This document shows, piece by piece, positions 32,062-42,042 of a stretch of 64,000 nucleotides of DNA. Within the stretch, counting starts at the first letter, position 1; each line of letters opens with the position of its first letter. Below the pieces are notes generated by a model that was not told where the DNA came from, searched no databases, and saw only the letters and a program-made list of their open reading frames with translations. Source of the stretch: an uncultured Alphaproteobacteria bacterium (GTDB taxonomy: Bacteria; Pseudomonadota; Alphaproteobacteria; MPNO01; DASWLB01); NCBI GenBank assembly GCA_963822575.1, contig CAWGHZ010000005.1, forward strand, positions 108,963 to 172,962, given 5' to 3'. A program made the position numbers and the translations under genes.

Positions 32062-32112
32062 ACCCCTCTCCCTGTCCCTCCCCCTCACGGGGGGAGGGTT
32101 GGGGAGGGGGGT
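32062..32112. repeat. REP-like palindrome (CCCTCTCCC...GGGAGGG type) between addB and addA
   Basis: ACCCCTCTCCCTGTCCCTCCCCC-TCAC-GGGGGGAGGGTTGGGGAGGGGGGT folds as a long pyrimidine/purine hairpin. Confidence 0.65.
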
Positions 32113-32140
32113 CCACTTTCCGGCATGGCGGCGCCTTGCC

Positions 32141-35100
32141 ATGACCGCACCGTCCGCCATTCTCGCCGATGCGACGCGGCGGCAGCGCCAGGCGGCGGCG
32201 CCCGGCGCGTCGGTGTGGGTGGACGCCTCGGCCGGCACCGGCAAGACCAAGGTGCTGGTCGACCGCGTGCTCGCCCTGCTGCTCGACGGCGCGGCGCCGG
32301 AGAAGCTGCTCTGCCTCACCTACACCCGCGCGGCGGCTGCGGAGATGGCGAACCGGATCAACGACCGGCTGGCGAAATGGGCGACAGCGCCCGAGCCGGA
32401 GCTGCGCGAGGCGCTGGCCGAGCTTTCCGGCGCGGAGCCCGCCCGCGAGCGCATCGGCCTCGCGCGCCGCCTGTTCGCCCGCGCGCTCGACGCGCCGGGC
32501 GGGCTCAAGATCATGACCATCCACGCCTTCTGCCAGTCGCTGATCGCGCGCTTCCCGCTCGAGGCCGGGATCGCGCCGCATTTCGAGCTGATGGACGAGC
32601 GCTCGGCGTCGGAGGCGCTGGCGTCGGCGCGCGAGGCGGTGCTGGCGCGCGCCCGCGCCGAACCGGACGGCACGCTCGCCAAGGCGGTCGGCATCGTCGC
32701 CGGCTGGGCGCACGAGGACCGCGCGCAGGACGTGCTGGCCCAGCTTGCGCGCGAGCGCGGGCGGCTGAAGCGCCTGTTCGACACGCTGGGCCTCGACGGG
32801 CTGGTGGCGCGCCAGCGCGAACGGCTCGGGCTCGACGCCGACGAGACGGCGGCGTCGGTGATCGACGCGGCGTGCGCCGACGGGGCGTTCGACCACGTCG
32901 GATTGAAGCGCTGCATCGCGGCGCTGCTCGACGGCCAGAAGACCGACGTCGCACGCGGCAACATCATCGCCGCCTGGTTCGCCGATCCCGCGGCACGCGC
33001 CGACGGGTTCGCCGAGTACGCGAAGGCGTACCTCACCAAGGAGGATACGATCCGCGCGCGGCTTGCGACGAAGGGAATTGACGCCACGTTCGGCGACATT
33101 CTGCGCATCGAGGCGGAGCGCGTGCTGGCCGCCATCGAGCGCTGCAAGAAGATCGCCGTCGCCGAGGCGAGCGCCGCGCTGGTCACCTTCGCCGCCGCGC
33201 TGATCGACGCCTACGAGCGCAACAAGGCGGACGACGCCGCGCTCGACTACGACGATTTGGTGCTGGCGGCACGCGCGCTGCTGGCGCGGGACGGCGGCGC
33301 GTCCTGGGTGCTCTACAAGCTCGACGGCGGCGTCGACCACATACTGATCGACGAGGCGCAGGACACCTCGCCCGCGCAATGGGCGGTGGTCGCCGCGCTG
33401 GCCGAGGAGTTCTTCGCCGGCGAAGGCGCCAGCGAGGCCGTGCGCACCGTGTTCGCCGTGGGCGACGCCAAGCAGTCGATCTTCAGCTTCCAGGGCGCCG
33501 ACGTGGCGGCGTTCGCGGCGATGCGCGCCCATTTCCGCGAGCGCGTCGAGGCGGCCGAGCGCCACTTCCTGCCCATCCCGCTCGACATCTCGTTCCGCTC
33601 GACCGATGCGGTGCTCGCCGCCGTCGACGCCGTGTTCGCGCGCGCAGACGCGCGCGACGGTCTGGGCGACCTCGACGTGCGCCATCGCGCCGCGCGCGAG
33701 GGCCAGGCGGGACTGGTGGAGCTGTGGCCCGCCATCGCGCGCGAGAAGGAGGACGAGCCCGCGCCGTGGACGCTGCCGCTCGAGGTGCGCGGCGAGGACG
33801 CGCCCGATCTGCGCCTCGCCCGGGCGATCGCCGCACGGATCGCGCGCTGGATCGCCGACGGCGAAATCCTGGAAAGCCAGGCGCGGCCGATCCGCGCCGG
33901 CGACGTGATGGTGCTGGTCGGCCGCCGCACCGGCTTCGTCGACGCGCTGGTGCGCGAGCTGAAGCGGCTGTCCGTGCCGGTCGCCGGCATCGACCGGATG
34001 GTGCTGACCGACCAGGCGGCCGTCGAGGATCTGATCGCGCTCGGCCACTTCCTGCTGCTGCCCGAGGACGATTTGACCTTGGCCGAGGTGCTGAAAGGAC
34101 CGCTCTACGGCATCGACGACGAACGGCTTTTCCGCCTGGCCCACGGCCGGCCCGGCACGCTCTGGGCGGAGTTGCAGCGCCGGGCCGGGGACGATCCCGC
34201 CCTCGCGCGGGCGCACGAGGAGCTTTCGGCGCTGCTTGCCCGCGCCGACTTCGTGGCCCCGTTCGAGCTTTACGCCGAGCTGCTTGGCCCGCGCGGCGGG
34301 CGCGCGCGGATTCTCGCCCGGCTCGGACGCGACGCGCGCGATCCGCTCGACGAGTTCCTGTCGCTCGCCCTCGCCTACGAGGCGGCGCACCCGCCGGCGC
34401 TGCAGGGGTTCCTGCACTGGCTCGCGGCCGGCGAGGCCGAGATCAAGCGCGACCTCGAGCACGGGCTGCGCGACGAGGTGCGCATCCTCACCGTGCACGG
34501 CGCCAAGGGGCTGCAGGCGCCCATCGTGTTTTTGCCCGACACGATGGCGGGGCCGCGCCCGGGCAACGCGGTGCTCTGGCTGGGAGACGAGGGCGGGCCG
34601 GACGACGTGCCGTTGTGGGCGCCGCGGAGCGAGGTGGAGGATCCGGTGTGCCGGCGGGCGCGCGACGCGGCGGCCGAGGCGGCGGCGCGCGAGCGCCATC
34701 GCCTGCTCTACGTCGCCATGACGCGGGCGGAGGACCGGCTTTACGTCTGCGGCCATCGCGGCGTGAATAAGCCCCCGGCCGGCTGCTGGTACGAGCTGGT
34801 CGAAGCGGCGCTGCCGGGCATCGCCCAGCCGGTCGAGATCGACCTGACCGAACTCTCGCCGGCCGGCTGGCGCGGGCCGGGCTTCCGCCTCGCCACCGCC
34901 CAGCGCGCCAAGCCCGAGCGGCTGGGGGCGGAGCGCGCCGCCCAGCCGGCGCCCCAGCGCACGCGGCCCGACTGGGCGCGGGGCGCACCGCCCGCCGAGC
35001 CCGCACCCCGCCCGCTCTCCCCGTCGCGGCCGGAGGGCGACGAGCCGCCGGTCGCCCCGCCGCTCGCCGCCGGCTCGGACGCGGGGTTCCGCCGCGGCAT

Positions 35101-35590
35101 CCTGATCCACCGGCTGCTGGAGGCCCTGCCCGACATTGCGCCCGAGGCGCGGCGCGAGGCGGCCGAATCCTTCCTCGCCCGGCCCGCCCATCGGCTGGAC
35201 GCGGCGGCGCAGGCCGAGATCGCGGACGAGGTGCTGGCCGTGCTCGCCGATGCGCGGTTCGCTCGCGTGTTCGATCCCGCCGCGCGCGCCGAGGTGGCGG
35301 TCTCGGGCATGGTGGCGGGGCGGCTGGTCGCGGGCCAGGTGGACCGGCTGGCGGTCACCGCTGACGAGGTACTGGTGGTCGACTACAAGTCGAACCGCCC
35401 GCCGCCGCAGGGCGCGGCCGAGACGCCCGTGCTCTATCTGCGCCAGATGGCGGCCTACCGCGCGGTGCTCGCCCGCATCTGGCGCGACCGGCCGGTGCGC
35501 TGCGCCATATTGTGGACCGCGGGGCCGGCTCTGATTCCCCTGCCCGACGCGATGCTCGACCGCTTCGCGCCGGATGGACTTGGGCCGTAA
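32141..35590 (+). CDS. addA: Double-strand break repair helicase AddA
   Basis: ASAGTGKT, LIDEAQDT, VGDAKQSIFSFQGAD, TVHGAKGLQ, LYVAMTRA, VDRL/DYKSNR nuclease. Confidence 0.96.
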   Translation: MTAPSAILADATRRQRQAAAPGASVWVDASAGTGKTKVLVDRVLALLLDGAAPEKLLCLTYTRAAAAEMANRINDRLAKWATAPEPELREALAELSGAEPARERIGLARRLFARALDAPGGLKIMTIHAFCQSLIARFPLEAGIAPHFELMDERSASEALASAREAVLARARAEPDGTLAKAVGIVAGWAHEDRAQDVLAQLARERGRLKRLFDTLGLDGLVARQRERLGLDADETAASVIDAACADGAFDHVGLKRCIAALLDGQKTDVARGNIIAAWFADPAARADGFAEYAKAYLTKEDTIRARLATKGIDATFGDILRIEAERVLAAIERCKKIAVAEASAALVTFAAALIDAYERNKADDAALDYDDLVLAARALLARDGGASWVLYKLDGGVDHILIDEAQDTSPAQWAVVAALAEEFFAGEGASEAVRTVFAVGDAKQSIFSFQGADVAAFAAMRAHFRERVEAAERHFLPIPLDISFRSTDAVLAAVDAVFARADARDGLGDLDVRHRAAREGQAGLVELWPAIAREKEDEPAPWTLPLEVRGEDAPDLRLARAIAARIARWIADGEILESQARPIRAGDVMVLVGRRTGFVDALVRELKRLSVPVAGIDRMVLTDQAAVEDLIALGHFLLLPEDDLTLAEVLKGPLYGIDDERLFRLAHGRPGTLWAELQRRAGDDPALARAHEELSALLARADFVAPFELYAELLGPRGGRARILARLGRDARDPLDEFLSLALAYEAAHPPALQGFLHWLAAGEAEIKRDLEHGLRDEVRILTVHGAKGLQAPIVFLPDTMAGPRPGNAVLWLGDEGGPDDVPLWAPRSEVEDPVCRRARDAAAEAAARERHRLLYVAMTRAEDRLYVCGHRGVNKPPAGCWYELVEAALPGIAQPVEIDLTELSPAGWRGPGFRLATAQRAKPERLGAERAAQPAPQRTRPDWARGAPPAEPAPRPLSPSRPEGDEPPVAPPLAAGSDAGFRRGILIHRLLEALPDIAPEARREAAESFLARPAHRLDAAAQAEIADEVLAVLADARFARVFDPAARAEVAVSGMVAGRLVAGQVDRLAVTADEVLVVDYKSNRPPPQGAAETPVLYLRQMAAYRAVLARIWRDRPVRCAILWTAGPALIPLPDAMLDRFAPDGLGP

Positions 35591-35639
35591 GCGCGACGTA
35601 ATCTCCGCCAGGTCGGGGCGCACAAAGGGGCGCGCGGTC

Positions 35640-38600
35640 ATGGCAGCGACGCGGAAGCCGGACGAGGCGCTGGCTCGGGAGAACGAAGCCCTCCGCGCGG
35701 AAATGGCCGCACTGCGCGCCGAACTTGCCTGGGCGCGCGAGCAGCAGGCGGCCACGGCGGAGATATTGGGCACCATTGCGGCGTCACCGTCCGAAGCGCG
35801 CCGCGCCCTCGATGCCATCGCCAGCGCCACGGCGCGCTTGTTTTCCGCCGCCGGGGCGACCATCCGCACGCTGCATGGCGACAGGCTGCGGATTGCGGGA
35901 TCGAGCGGCTTGGCGGGCGATTACCTGCTCGCGGCCGTCGGCGAGGAATATCCCGCGACGCCCGACCGGCTGCCCGGCGCAACCGTGGTCGAAAAGCGCC
36001 AGATTCACATTCCGGACATCAAGGACCCCGGGCCCGGACGCGAGAACTGGCCCGGCTGGGGACCGCAGCTCGCCGCCGGCATCCGGACGGTCGTGGGCAC
36101 GCCGCTGATGCGGGGGGTTGAGGCGATCGGCGCACTGATGGTGCAGCGCGCGGAGCTCAAGCCATTCACCGGCGAGGAACTGGCGCAGCTCCGCAACTTC
36201 GCCGACCAGGCGGTGATCGCCATCGAGAACGCGCGGCTTCTTGCCGAGCTGCGCGAGTCGCTCGAATACCAGACCGCGACCAGCGAAGTGCTGAAGGCGA
36301 TCAGCCGGTCGACCTTCGAGGTCGAACCCGTGCTGCAAACGATGGTCGAAACGGCGGCCCGGCTGTGCAAGGCGGCGAGCGGCGGGGTGTTCCGCAAGGA
36401 CCCGGACGGGATGTTCCGCTTCGTTGCCGGCTATTCGCTGATGCCGGAATACATCGCGCACGAGGAGAGCACGCCGATCGCGCCCGGCCGCGGCTCGGTG
36501 ATCGGGCGCGCTGCGCTCGCCGGAAAGACGGTGCAGATTCTCGACGCGTTCACCGACGACGAATACGACGACGTGCAGAAGGCGGCGGCGCGCCTTTCGG
36601 GCATCCGTTCGATGATTGGCGTCCCGCTGATGCGCGACGGCGAGATGATCGGTGCGTTTGGGATGGCCCGCGCCGAGGTGCAGCCCTTCACGCCCCGCCA
36701 GATCGATCTCGTCACGACGTTCGCCGACCAGGCGGTCATCGCCATCGAGAACGCCCGGCTGCTCGCCGAGCTGCGCGATTCGCTGGAGCGCCAGACGGCG
36801 ACCTCGGAGGTGCTGAGCGTGATCTCCTCATCGCCGGGCGAACTAGGGCCGGTCTTCGAGACGATCCTGGAGAACGCGACCCGTATTTGCGAGGCCCAGA
36901 CGGGGCTTCTGCACCGCTTTGATGGCGAGGCTATGGAGCTGATGGCCGGGCGTGGCACCGCAATGCGCTATGCCGATCAGATGAAGCGCCTGAAGCCGCT
37001 CCCGGAGTTCTCGTACGGCCGCATGATCCAAAAGCGGGAAGTGGTCCATGTACACGACATGGCGGCTATGCCCGAATATGTAGAGCGGACGAACCCTGCG
37101 GCCGTCGCTTCGGTAGACATCCACGGCGCGCACACATGCCTTTTCGTGCCGATGCTGAAGGAGGATCAGCTCGTCGGCAGCCTGGTCTTCCATCGCAAGG
37201 ATGTGCGCCCTTTCACGGACAAGCAGATCGAGCTTGTCGAGAGCTTCGCCGACCAGGCCGTCATCGCCATTGAAAACGCGCGTCTGCTCACAGAGCTTCG
37301 CGGCTCGTTGGAGCGCCAGACCGCAATGTCGGACGTGCTGAGCATCATTTCCACCTCTCCCGGTGAACTCGGCCCGGTCTTCGAGACCATGCTGGAACGG
37401 GCCGTTGCGATATGCGAGGCGCAGTGCGGCTTGATCTACCGGGTGCGCGAAAGCGCGATGCAGGTCATGGCCGAGTGGAACATACCGCCGGCCTACTCCG
37501 AATATCGCCGGACCCATCCGCACTCGGGCGGTGGCGCGCTGGGGCAGATGCTCACGACGCTGGCGCCCTTCCACGTACCCGACTCGGTCGACAGTGAAGG
37601 GTATCGTCGGGGAAATCCAGACAGCGTGGCCGCAGTTGAGCTCGCCGGGGCTCGCACCGTGATCTATGTTCCGATGCTCAATGATGGCGCGATCGTCGGC
37701 TTCATCGCCCTGTTCCGCAAGGAGCCCCGATCGTTTGACGAGTTGCACATCTCGCTGCTGCAAGGCTTTGCCGACCAGGCGGTGATTGCCATCGAGAATG
37801 CGCGGCTGCTCTCCGAACTCCGCGAGTCGCTGGAGCGGCGCACCGCCATCGCCGAGGTGCTGCAGGTGATCTCGTCCTCGCCGGGCGAATTGCAGCCCGT
37901 GTTCGAGACGATGCTGGAAAATGCCGTGCGCCTGTGCGAGGCGGCAGGCGGCGGTGTGTTGCGCGTGGCGGAAGGACGGTTTATTCGAGTCGCCGCTCGC
38001 AGCATAACCGCGCATCTTTCGGTGCCCGGCGAAATCGCCTACGAGCCCGGTGGCCCTCCAATGCGTATGCTCGAAGGCCGGTGCACCGTCCACGTGCCCG
38101 ACCTGGCTGCGGAGCTCGCGGAGCGGCCTGAGATGTCGACGGCACGCGCCGCTTATGACAGCGGGGTGCGCACCCTCGTCTGGGTGCCGATGGTGAAGGA
38201 CGGCGACGTCGTCGCTGCCTTCGTGCTGCAGCGCTACGAAGTCCGGCCCTTCACGGAGTTGCAGATTGCGCTGATCGAAAATTTCGCCTCGCAGGCCGTG
38301 ATCGCCATCGAGAATGCGCGGCTCCTCGCCGAACTGCGCGAGGCGCGCGACGCGGCGGAGCGGAACCTTGTCGATCTGCGCGCGGCGCAGGCGAATTTGA
38401 TCCAGGCGGAGAAGATGGCGTCGCTGGGCCAGCTCACCGCGGGCATCGCGCACGAGATCAAGAACCCCTTGAACTTCGTCAACAACTTCGCCGGGCTTTC
38501 GGTCGAGCTTCTCGACGAGCTGAAGGAGGCGCAGGCTCAGGCCGTCGCGGCACTTGGCGCCGACAAGCGGGCCGCGGTCCAAGAGACGATCGAGCTGCTC

Positions 38601-39206
38601 ACCGGCAACCTCCAGAAGATCGCTGAGCACGGGCAACGGGCCGACGGCATCGTCAAATCCATGCTCGCCCATTCGCGCGGCGGCTCGGGCGAGCGGCAGG
38701 AGGTCGACCTCAATGCGCTGGTGGACGAGGCGCTCAATCTGGCGTTCCACGGCGCACGGGCGCAGGATGCGAGCTTCAACGTCGCGTTGGAGCGCGATTT
38801 CGACCGCGCCCTCGGTCCCATCGAGGTGGTGCCGCAGGATTTGACCCGCGTGTTCCTCAATTTGTTCGGCAACGGGTTCTACGCCGCGCACAAGAAGCGG
38901 CGCGCGGGGGCGGGGCCGGACTATGCCCCCACCGTCCGCGTCGCGACGCGCGATGCGGGCGCGGCGGTCGAGATCCGCATCCGCGACAACGGCACCGGAA
39001 TCGCGCCCGAGATCCGCGACAAGCTGTTCGAGCCGTTCTTCACCACCAAGCCGACCGGCGAGGGCACCGGGCTCGGGCTTTCGATCAGCTACGAGATCGT
39101 CACCCGCCAGCATGGCGGCGCCATCGCGGTGGCGAGCGAACCGGGGGAGTTCACCGAGTTCGCCATCACCCTGCCGAAGCGGTTCGGGGCCGGCGCCGCG
39201 GGCTGA
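35640..39206 (+). CDS. Soluble five-GAF sensor histidine kinase
   Basis: Five FA(D/S)QAVIAIENARLL linkers; H-box GIAHEIKNPLNF; DNGTG and FFTTKPTGEGTGLGL. Confidence 0.93.
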   Translation: MAATRKPDEALARENEALRAEMAALRAELAWAREQQAATAEILGTIAASPSEARRALDAIASATARLFSAAGATIRTLHGDRLRIAGSSGLAGDYLLAAVGEEYPATPDRLPGATVVEKRQIHIPDIKDPGPGRENWPGWGPQLAAGIRTVVGTPLMRGVEAIGALMVQRAELKPFTGEELAQLRNFADQAVIAIENARLLAELRESLEYQTATSEVLKAISRSTFEVEPVLQTMVETAARLCKAASGGVFRKDPDGMFRFVAGYSLMPEYIAHEESTPIAPGRGSVIGRAALAGKTVQILDAFTDDEYDDVQKAAARLSGIRSMIGVPLMRDGEMIGAFGMARAEVQPFTPRQIDLVTTFADQAVIAIENARLLAELRDSLERQTATSEVLSVISSSPGELGPVFETILENATRICEAQTGLLHRFDGEAMELMAGRGTAMRYADQMKRLKPLPEFSYGRMIQKREVVHVHDMAAMPEYVERTNPAAVASVDIHGAHTCLFVPMLKEDQLVGSLVFHRKDVRPFTDKQIELVESFADQAVIAIENARLLTELRGSLERQTAMSDVLSIISTSPGELGPVFETMLERAVAICEAQCGLIYRVRESAMQVMAEWNIPPAYSEYRRTHPHSGGGALGQMLTTLAPFHVPDSVDSEGYRRGNPDSVAAVELAGARTVIYVPMLNDGAIVGFIALFRKEPRSFDELHISLLQGFADQAVIAIENARLLSELRESLERRTAIAEVLQVISSSPGELQPVFETMLENAVRLCEAAGGGVLRVAEGRFIRVAARSITAHLSVPGEIAYEPGGPPMRMLEGRCTVHVPDLAAELAERPEMSTARAAYDSGVRTLVWVPMVKDGDVVAAFVLQRYEVRPFTELQIALIENFASQAVIAIENARLLAELREARDAAERNLVDLRAAQANLIQAEKMASLGQLTAGIAHEIKNPLNFVNNFAGLSVELLDELKEAQAQAVAALGADKRAAVQETIELLTGNLQKIAEHGQRADGIVKSMLAHSRGGSGERQEVDLNALVDEALNLAFHGARAQDASFNVALERDFDRALGPIEVVPQDLTRVFLNLFGNGFYAAHKKRRAGAGPDYAPTVRVATRDAGAAVEIRIRDNGTGIAPEIRDKLFEPFFTTKPTGEGTGLGLSISYEIVTRQHGGAIAVASEPGEFTEFAITLPKRFGAGAAG

Positions 39207-39242
39207 CGGCGCGCGCGGCCGCCTGCCCGACGGCGCGGCCTT

Positions 39243-39361
39243 TGCCCGAAATGCAGGCAGGTTGCGCCGCCGGACCGGACCCCGCCGCGGCGATGCGGCC
39301 CATCAACCCGTTGAAATCGCTAACGGTGCCGGGAGTGCTTGCGGCTGGCACGCTTTTTGCA
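39243..39361 (+). promoter_or_regulatory. sigma-54 promoter with IHF-like and NtrC-like sites
   Basis: TGGCACGCTTTTTGCA (39346-39361), CATCAACCCGTTG (39301-39313), TGCCC-N7-AGGCA (39243-39259). Confidence 0.75.
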
Positions 39362-39408
39362 GTGCAGCATCTCGGGCGCCGCGCGCGTCCGCAGACGTGA
39401 GGGTGGCG

Positions 39409-40485
39409 ATGAGTGGCAAGGTGATTTCGATGGGCGAGCCGCAACCGGACGCGGTCGAGGCGTATCGCCAGGGTTGGGCGGCGGGGCTGACGGGTCGCGG
39501 CCCCGGCCTTGCCGGCAGCGCGGCGCCGGACGCCGAGACCGGCGCTTCGGACTCCCCTGCCGCGCCGGGGACGGGGTCCGGCGTCCCGTGCCGCAACGGT
39601 AGGCATACGACCTTGCGCCTGGCGCCGCCGGGCGGGGAGCTGACCGCGGCGCGGCTTCACGCGGCCGCCGCGGTGGCGCGCCGCTGGGGCGACGGCGAGG
39701 CCGAGGTCACGCCGGACGGCGGGCTGGCGCTGGGCGGGATCGCGACGCATGCACTTGACGCGGCGCGGTCGGCGCTGGCGGCGGCGGGGCTCGAAGTCGC
39801 CGATGCGCGTATCGCGCGCGGCGGGGTTCGCCGCGGCCATGTCGGGATCGTCCCGCAGCGGACGCGCGGCCGGCACGATGTCGGGGTCGCGCTGCCGGCC
39901 GGTCTTCTTACCGCCCACCAGATGGACGGGCTCGCGATCGTCGCCGCGCTGCACGGGACGGGGCGCGTCTTCCTGACCCAGCGCCAGAACGCCGTCGTGC
40001 CGGACGTGGCGGGCCTCGCCCTCGGCGCCGTCGAGCGCCGGGTGCGTGCGATGGGGCTCGACCTCCGGCCGGGCGTCGCCGCCGCGGGGCTCACGGTCCG
40101 CACCGACGGGCTGGGCGAAGGCGCGGCGCGCGCTTTGCGCGCCGAGGCCCGCGCCCTTTGCCGCCACCTCGACCGCTGTGTGGTCATCGACCGGGCGGTG
40201 GCCATCGTCATCGGCACCGTTCCCGGAATTGGCACGGCCGATATCGCCCTCCGCGGCGCAACCGGCGCGGACGGGGTGGTCGTGCGCTACGACGTGCTGC
40301 TCGCCGGCCCCGGCGGGACGGCGCGCGCGATCCTGGCCGCCCTGCCGGCCGCCGATCTTCCCGGCGCGCTGGGCCGGCTGCTCCACGGCTGGCTGCGCTG
40401 CCGCGGCCCCGGCGAGCCGTTCCAGGCCTTCGCCCGACGGCTCCCCGACACGACCCTGGGCGCGATGCTGGTCGGCGCGGCATAG
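39409..40485 (+). CDS. Degenerate nitrite/sulfite reductase (NirA)-like protein lacking cofactor cysteines
   Basis: LRL..PGG.LT, HVGI.PQR, VGV.LP.G.LT..QM.GLA, LT..QN and GE.F..FARR segments recall NirA; the Cys motifs are absent. Confidence 0.7.
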   Translation: MSGKVISMGEPQPDAVEAYRQGWAAGLTGRGPGLAGSAAPDAETGASDSPAAPGTGSGVPCRNGRHTTLRLAPPGGELTAARLHAAAAVARRWGDGEAEVTPDGGLALGGIATHALDAARSALAAAGLEVADARIARGGVRRGHVGIVPQRTRGRHDVGVALPAGLLTAHQMDGLAIVAALHGTGRVFLTQRQNAVVPDVAGLALGAVERRVRAMGLDLRPGVAAAGLTVRTDGLGEGAARALRAEARALCRHLDRCVVIDRAVAIVIGTVPGIGTADIALRGATGADGVVVRYDVLLAGPGGTARAILAALPAADLPGALGRLLHGWLRCRGPGEPFQAFARRLPDTTLGAMLVGAA

Positions 40486-40622
40486 GCGGCGTGTGCCGCC
40501 GTTAACGAAATTTTATTACACAACAGGGTAAAAAATTTGCTGCATCGCCCAAAAACGTTGGATTTTTGACACAGTTTTGTTACTTTGAGTCGTACCGGAA
40601 CGCGTCACGAACCGGAGGCTGC

Positions 40623-41441
40623 GTGGGGTATTTCAAGCCGGCGCTCGTTGCAGCGGGCGTCCTGGGGGTCGCGAGTGCGTTGTCGGCCGGCACCGCCGGC
40701 GCCGTGGAGCCTGCGCCGGCGGCCCTGCCGGCAGCGACCGCGCCAGTCGCGATCCAGACGGCCCGGGCGGTGATGCCGCCGCCGGCCTATGCCGATCCGG
40801 AATTTACCCTCCTCACCCTGCAGGGCAAGCGCGTGAAGTGGGGCGCGCCGCGCCTCGGCCGGGGCGCCATCGTCACCTACGCCTTCGTCACAAGCGAGAC
40901 GGCGCGCGACCCGGCGATCAACTGCCGCGCGCTGGTGCCGATCGCCGGCCATCTGCCGCATGCGCGCGTGGGCGCGCCCGACTTCGCCGCCGGCGTGCGC
41001 CGTGCGATGAACGCCTGGTCGGCCGCCGCCAACGTGCAGTTCGTGCCGGCCCGCGACCCGGCGACGGCCGACCTCCTGATCGGCGGGCAGAAGACGCCGC
41101 GCGGCATCGCCTTCACCGACGTCGAGCGCGACCCGCATGCCGCCGGGCCGGTCGCCCCCATCGCCCGGGCGGCGATCTGCTTCAACCTGGAGCTGCCGTG
41201 GGAGGCGCGGATGGACGGCGATGCGCGCACGCCCGACATCTCCTATGTCGCGGCGCACGAGCTCGGCCACGTCATCGGGCTCGACCACGCCTGGGGGCGC
41301 GACAAGATCATGCGCTTCCAGTACGACGAGCTGTTCGACACGCCGCAGCCGGCGGACCTGGCCGGCGCCGTCGATCTGTACGGCCCGGCCCATGGGATGG
41401 CGCCGCAGATCGCCACGGTTCCCGCCGCCCGCGTGCACTAG
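40623..41441 (+). CDS. Secreted matrixin-like (metzincin M10) metalloprotease
   Basis: GGAGG RBS plus GTG; signal peptide; HELGHVIGLDH and Met-turn (KIMR). Confidence 0.87.
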   Translation: MGYFKPALVAAGVLGVASALSAGTAGAVEPAPAALPAATAPVAIQTARAVMPPPAYADPEFTLLTLQGKRVKWGAPRLGRGAIVTYAFVTSETARDPAINCRALVPIAGHLPHARVGAPDFAAGVRRAMNAWSAAANVQFVPARDPATADLLIGGQKTPRGIAFTDVERDPHAAGPVAPIARAAICFNLELPWEARMDGDARTPDISYVAAHELGHVIGLDHAWGRDKIMRFQYDELFDTPQPADLAGAVDLYGPAHGMAPQIATVPAARVH

Positions 41442-41492
41442 GGGCGTCGCCGCAAGGGTGACGCGGCGGCTTCCTGGGCCTAGCTTGCCGGC

Positions 41493-42014
41493 ATGACCGA
41501 GCCGGCGCCGCTTTACACAATCGGCCATTCGCGCCACCCGATCGGGCGCTTCGTCGCGCTGCTGGCGGGGCACCGGATCGCACGGGTGGTGGACGCGCGC
41601 TCGCGACCGTTCTCGCGCTTCAACCCGCAGTTCAACCGCGAGCGCCTGGCCCGCGCGCTGGAGGCGGCTGGGATCGCCTACGACTGGCAAGGGGCGGCAC
41701 TGGGCGGACGGCCCGAGGATTCCGCCTTCGTCCTGGCGGACGGCGCGCTCGACCGCGAGGCGATGTGGCGCTGGGAGAAGCTGGTAGCGGCGCTCGACGC
41801 GGTCGCGGCGGCGGCGCGCGAGGCGCCGGTCGCACTGCTCTGCGCCGAGGAGGACCCGCTTCGCTGCCACCGCCGCACCCTCCTGACCCCGCCGATGGCG
41901 GCGCGCGGGTTCGCAATCTTCCACATCCGCGGCGACGGGCGCCTCGAGCCGGAAGGCGCGCTGGCCGACCCCCAGGCCGACTTGTTCGACGCCGCCCCGC
42001 CGCGCCGGCGCTGA
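41493..42014 (+). CDS. DUF488 family protein
   Basis: LYTIGHS, VDARS.PFSR..PQF, LGGRP, LLCAEEDPLRCHR. Confidence 0.9.
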   Translation: MTEPAPLYTIGHSRHPIGRFVALLAGHRIARVVDARSRPFSRFNPQFNRERLARALEAAGIAYDWQGAALGGRPEDSAFVLADGALDREAMWRWEKLVAALDAVAAAAREAPVALLCAEEDPLRCHRRTLLTPPMAARGFAIFHIRGDGRLEPEGALADPQADLFDAAPPRRR

Positions 42015-42042
42015 CCGCCCGCAAGGCCCCCACCCCCTCCCG

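Noticed and set aside
29627-32140. 1987-aa giant ORF or AddB-AddA fusion
   Set aside because: The upstream part is an Arg/Gly-rich off-frame readthrough; AddA homology starts at 32141.
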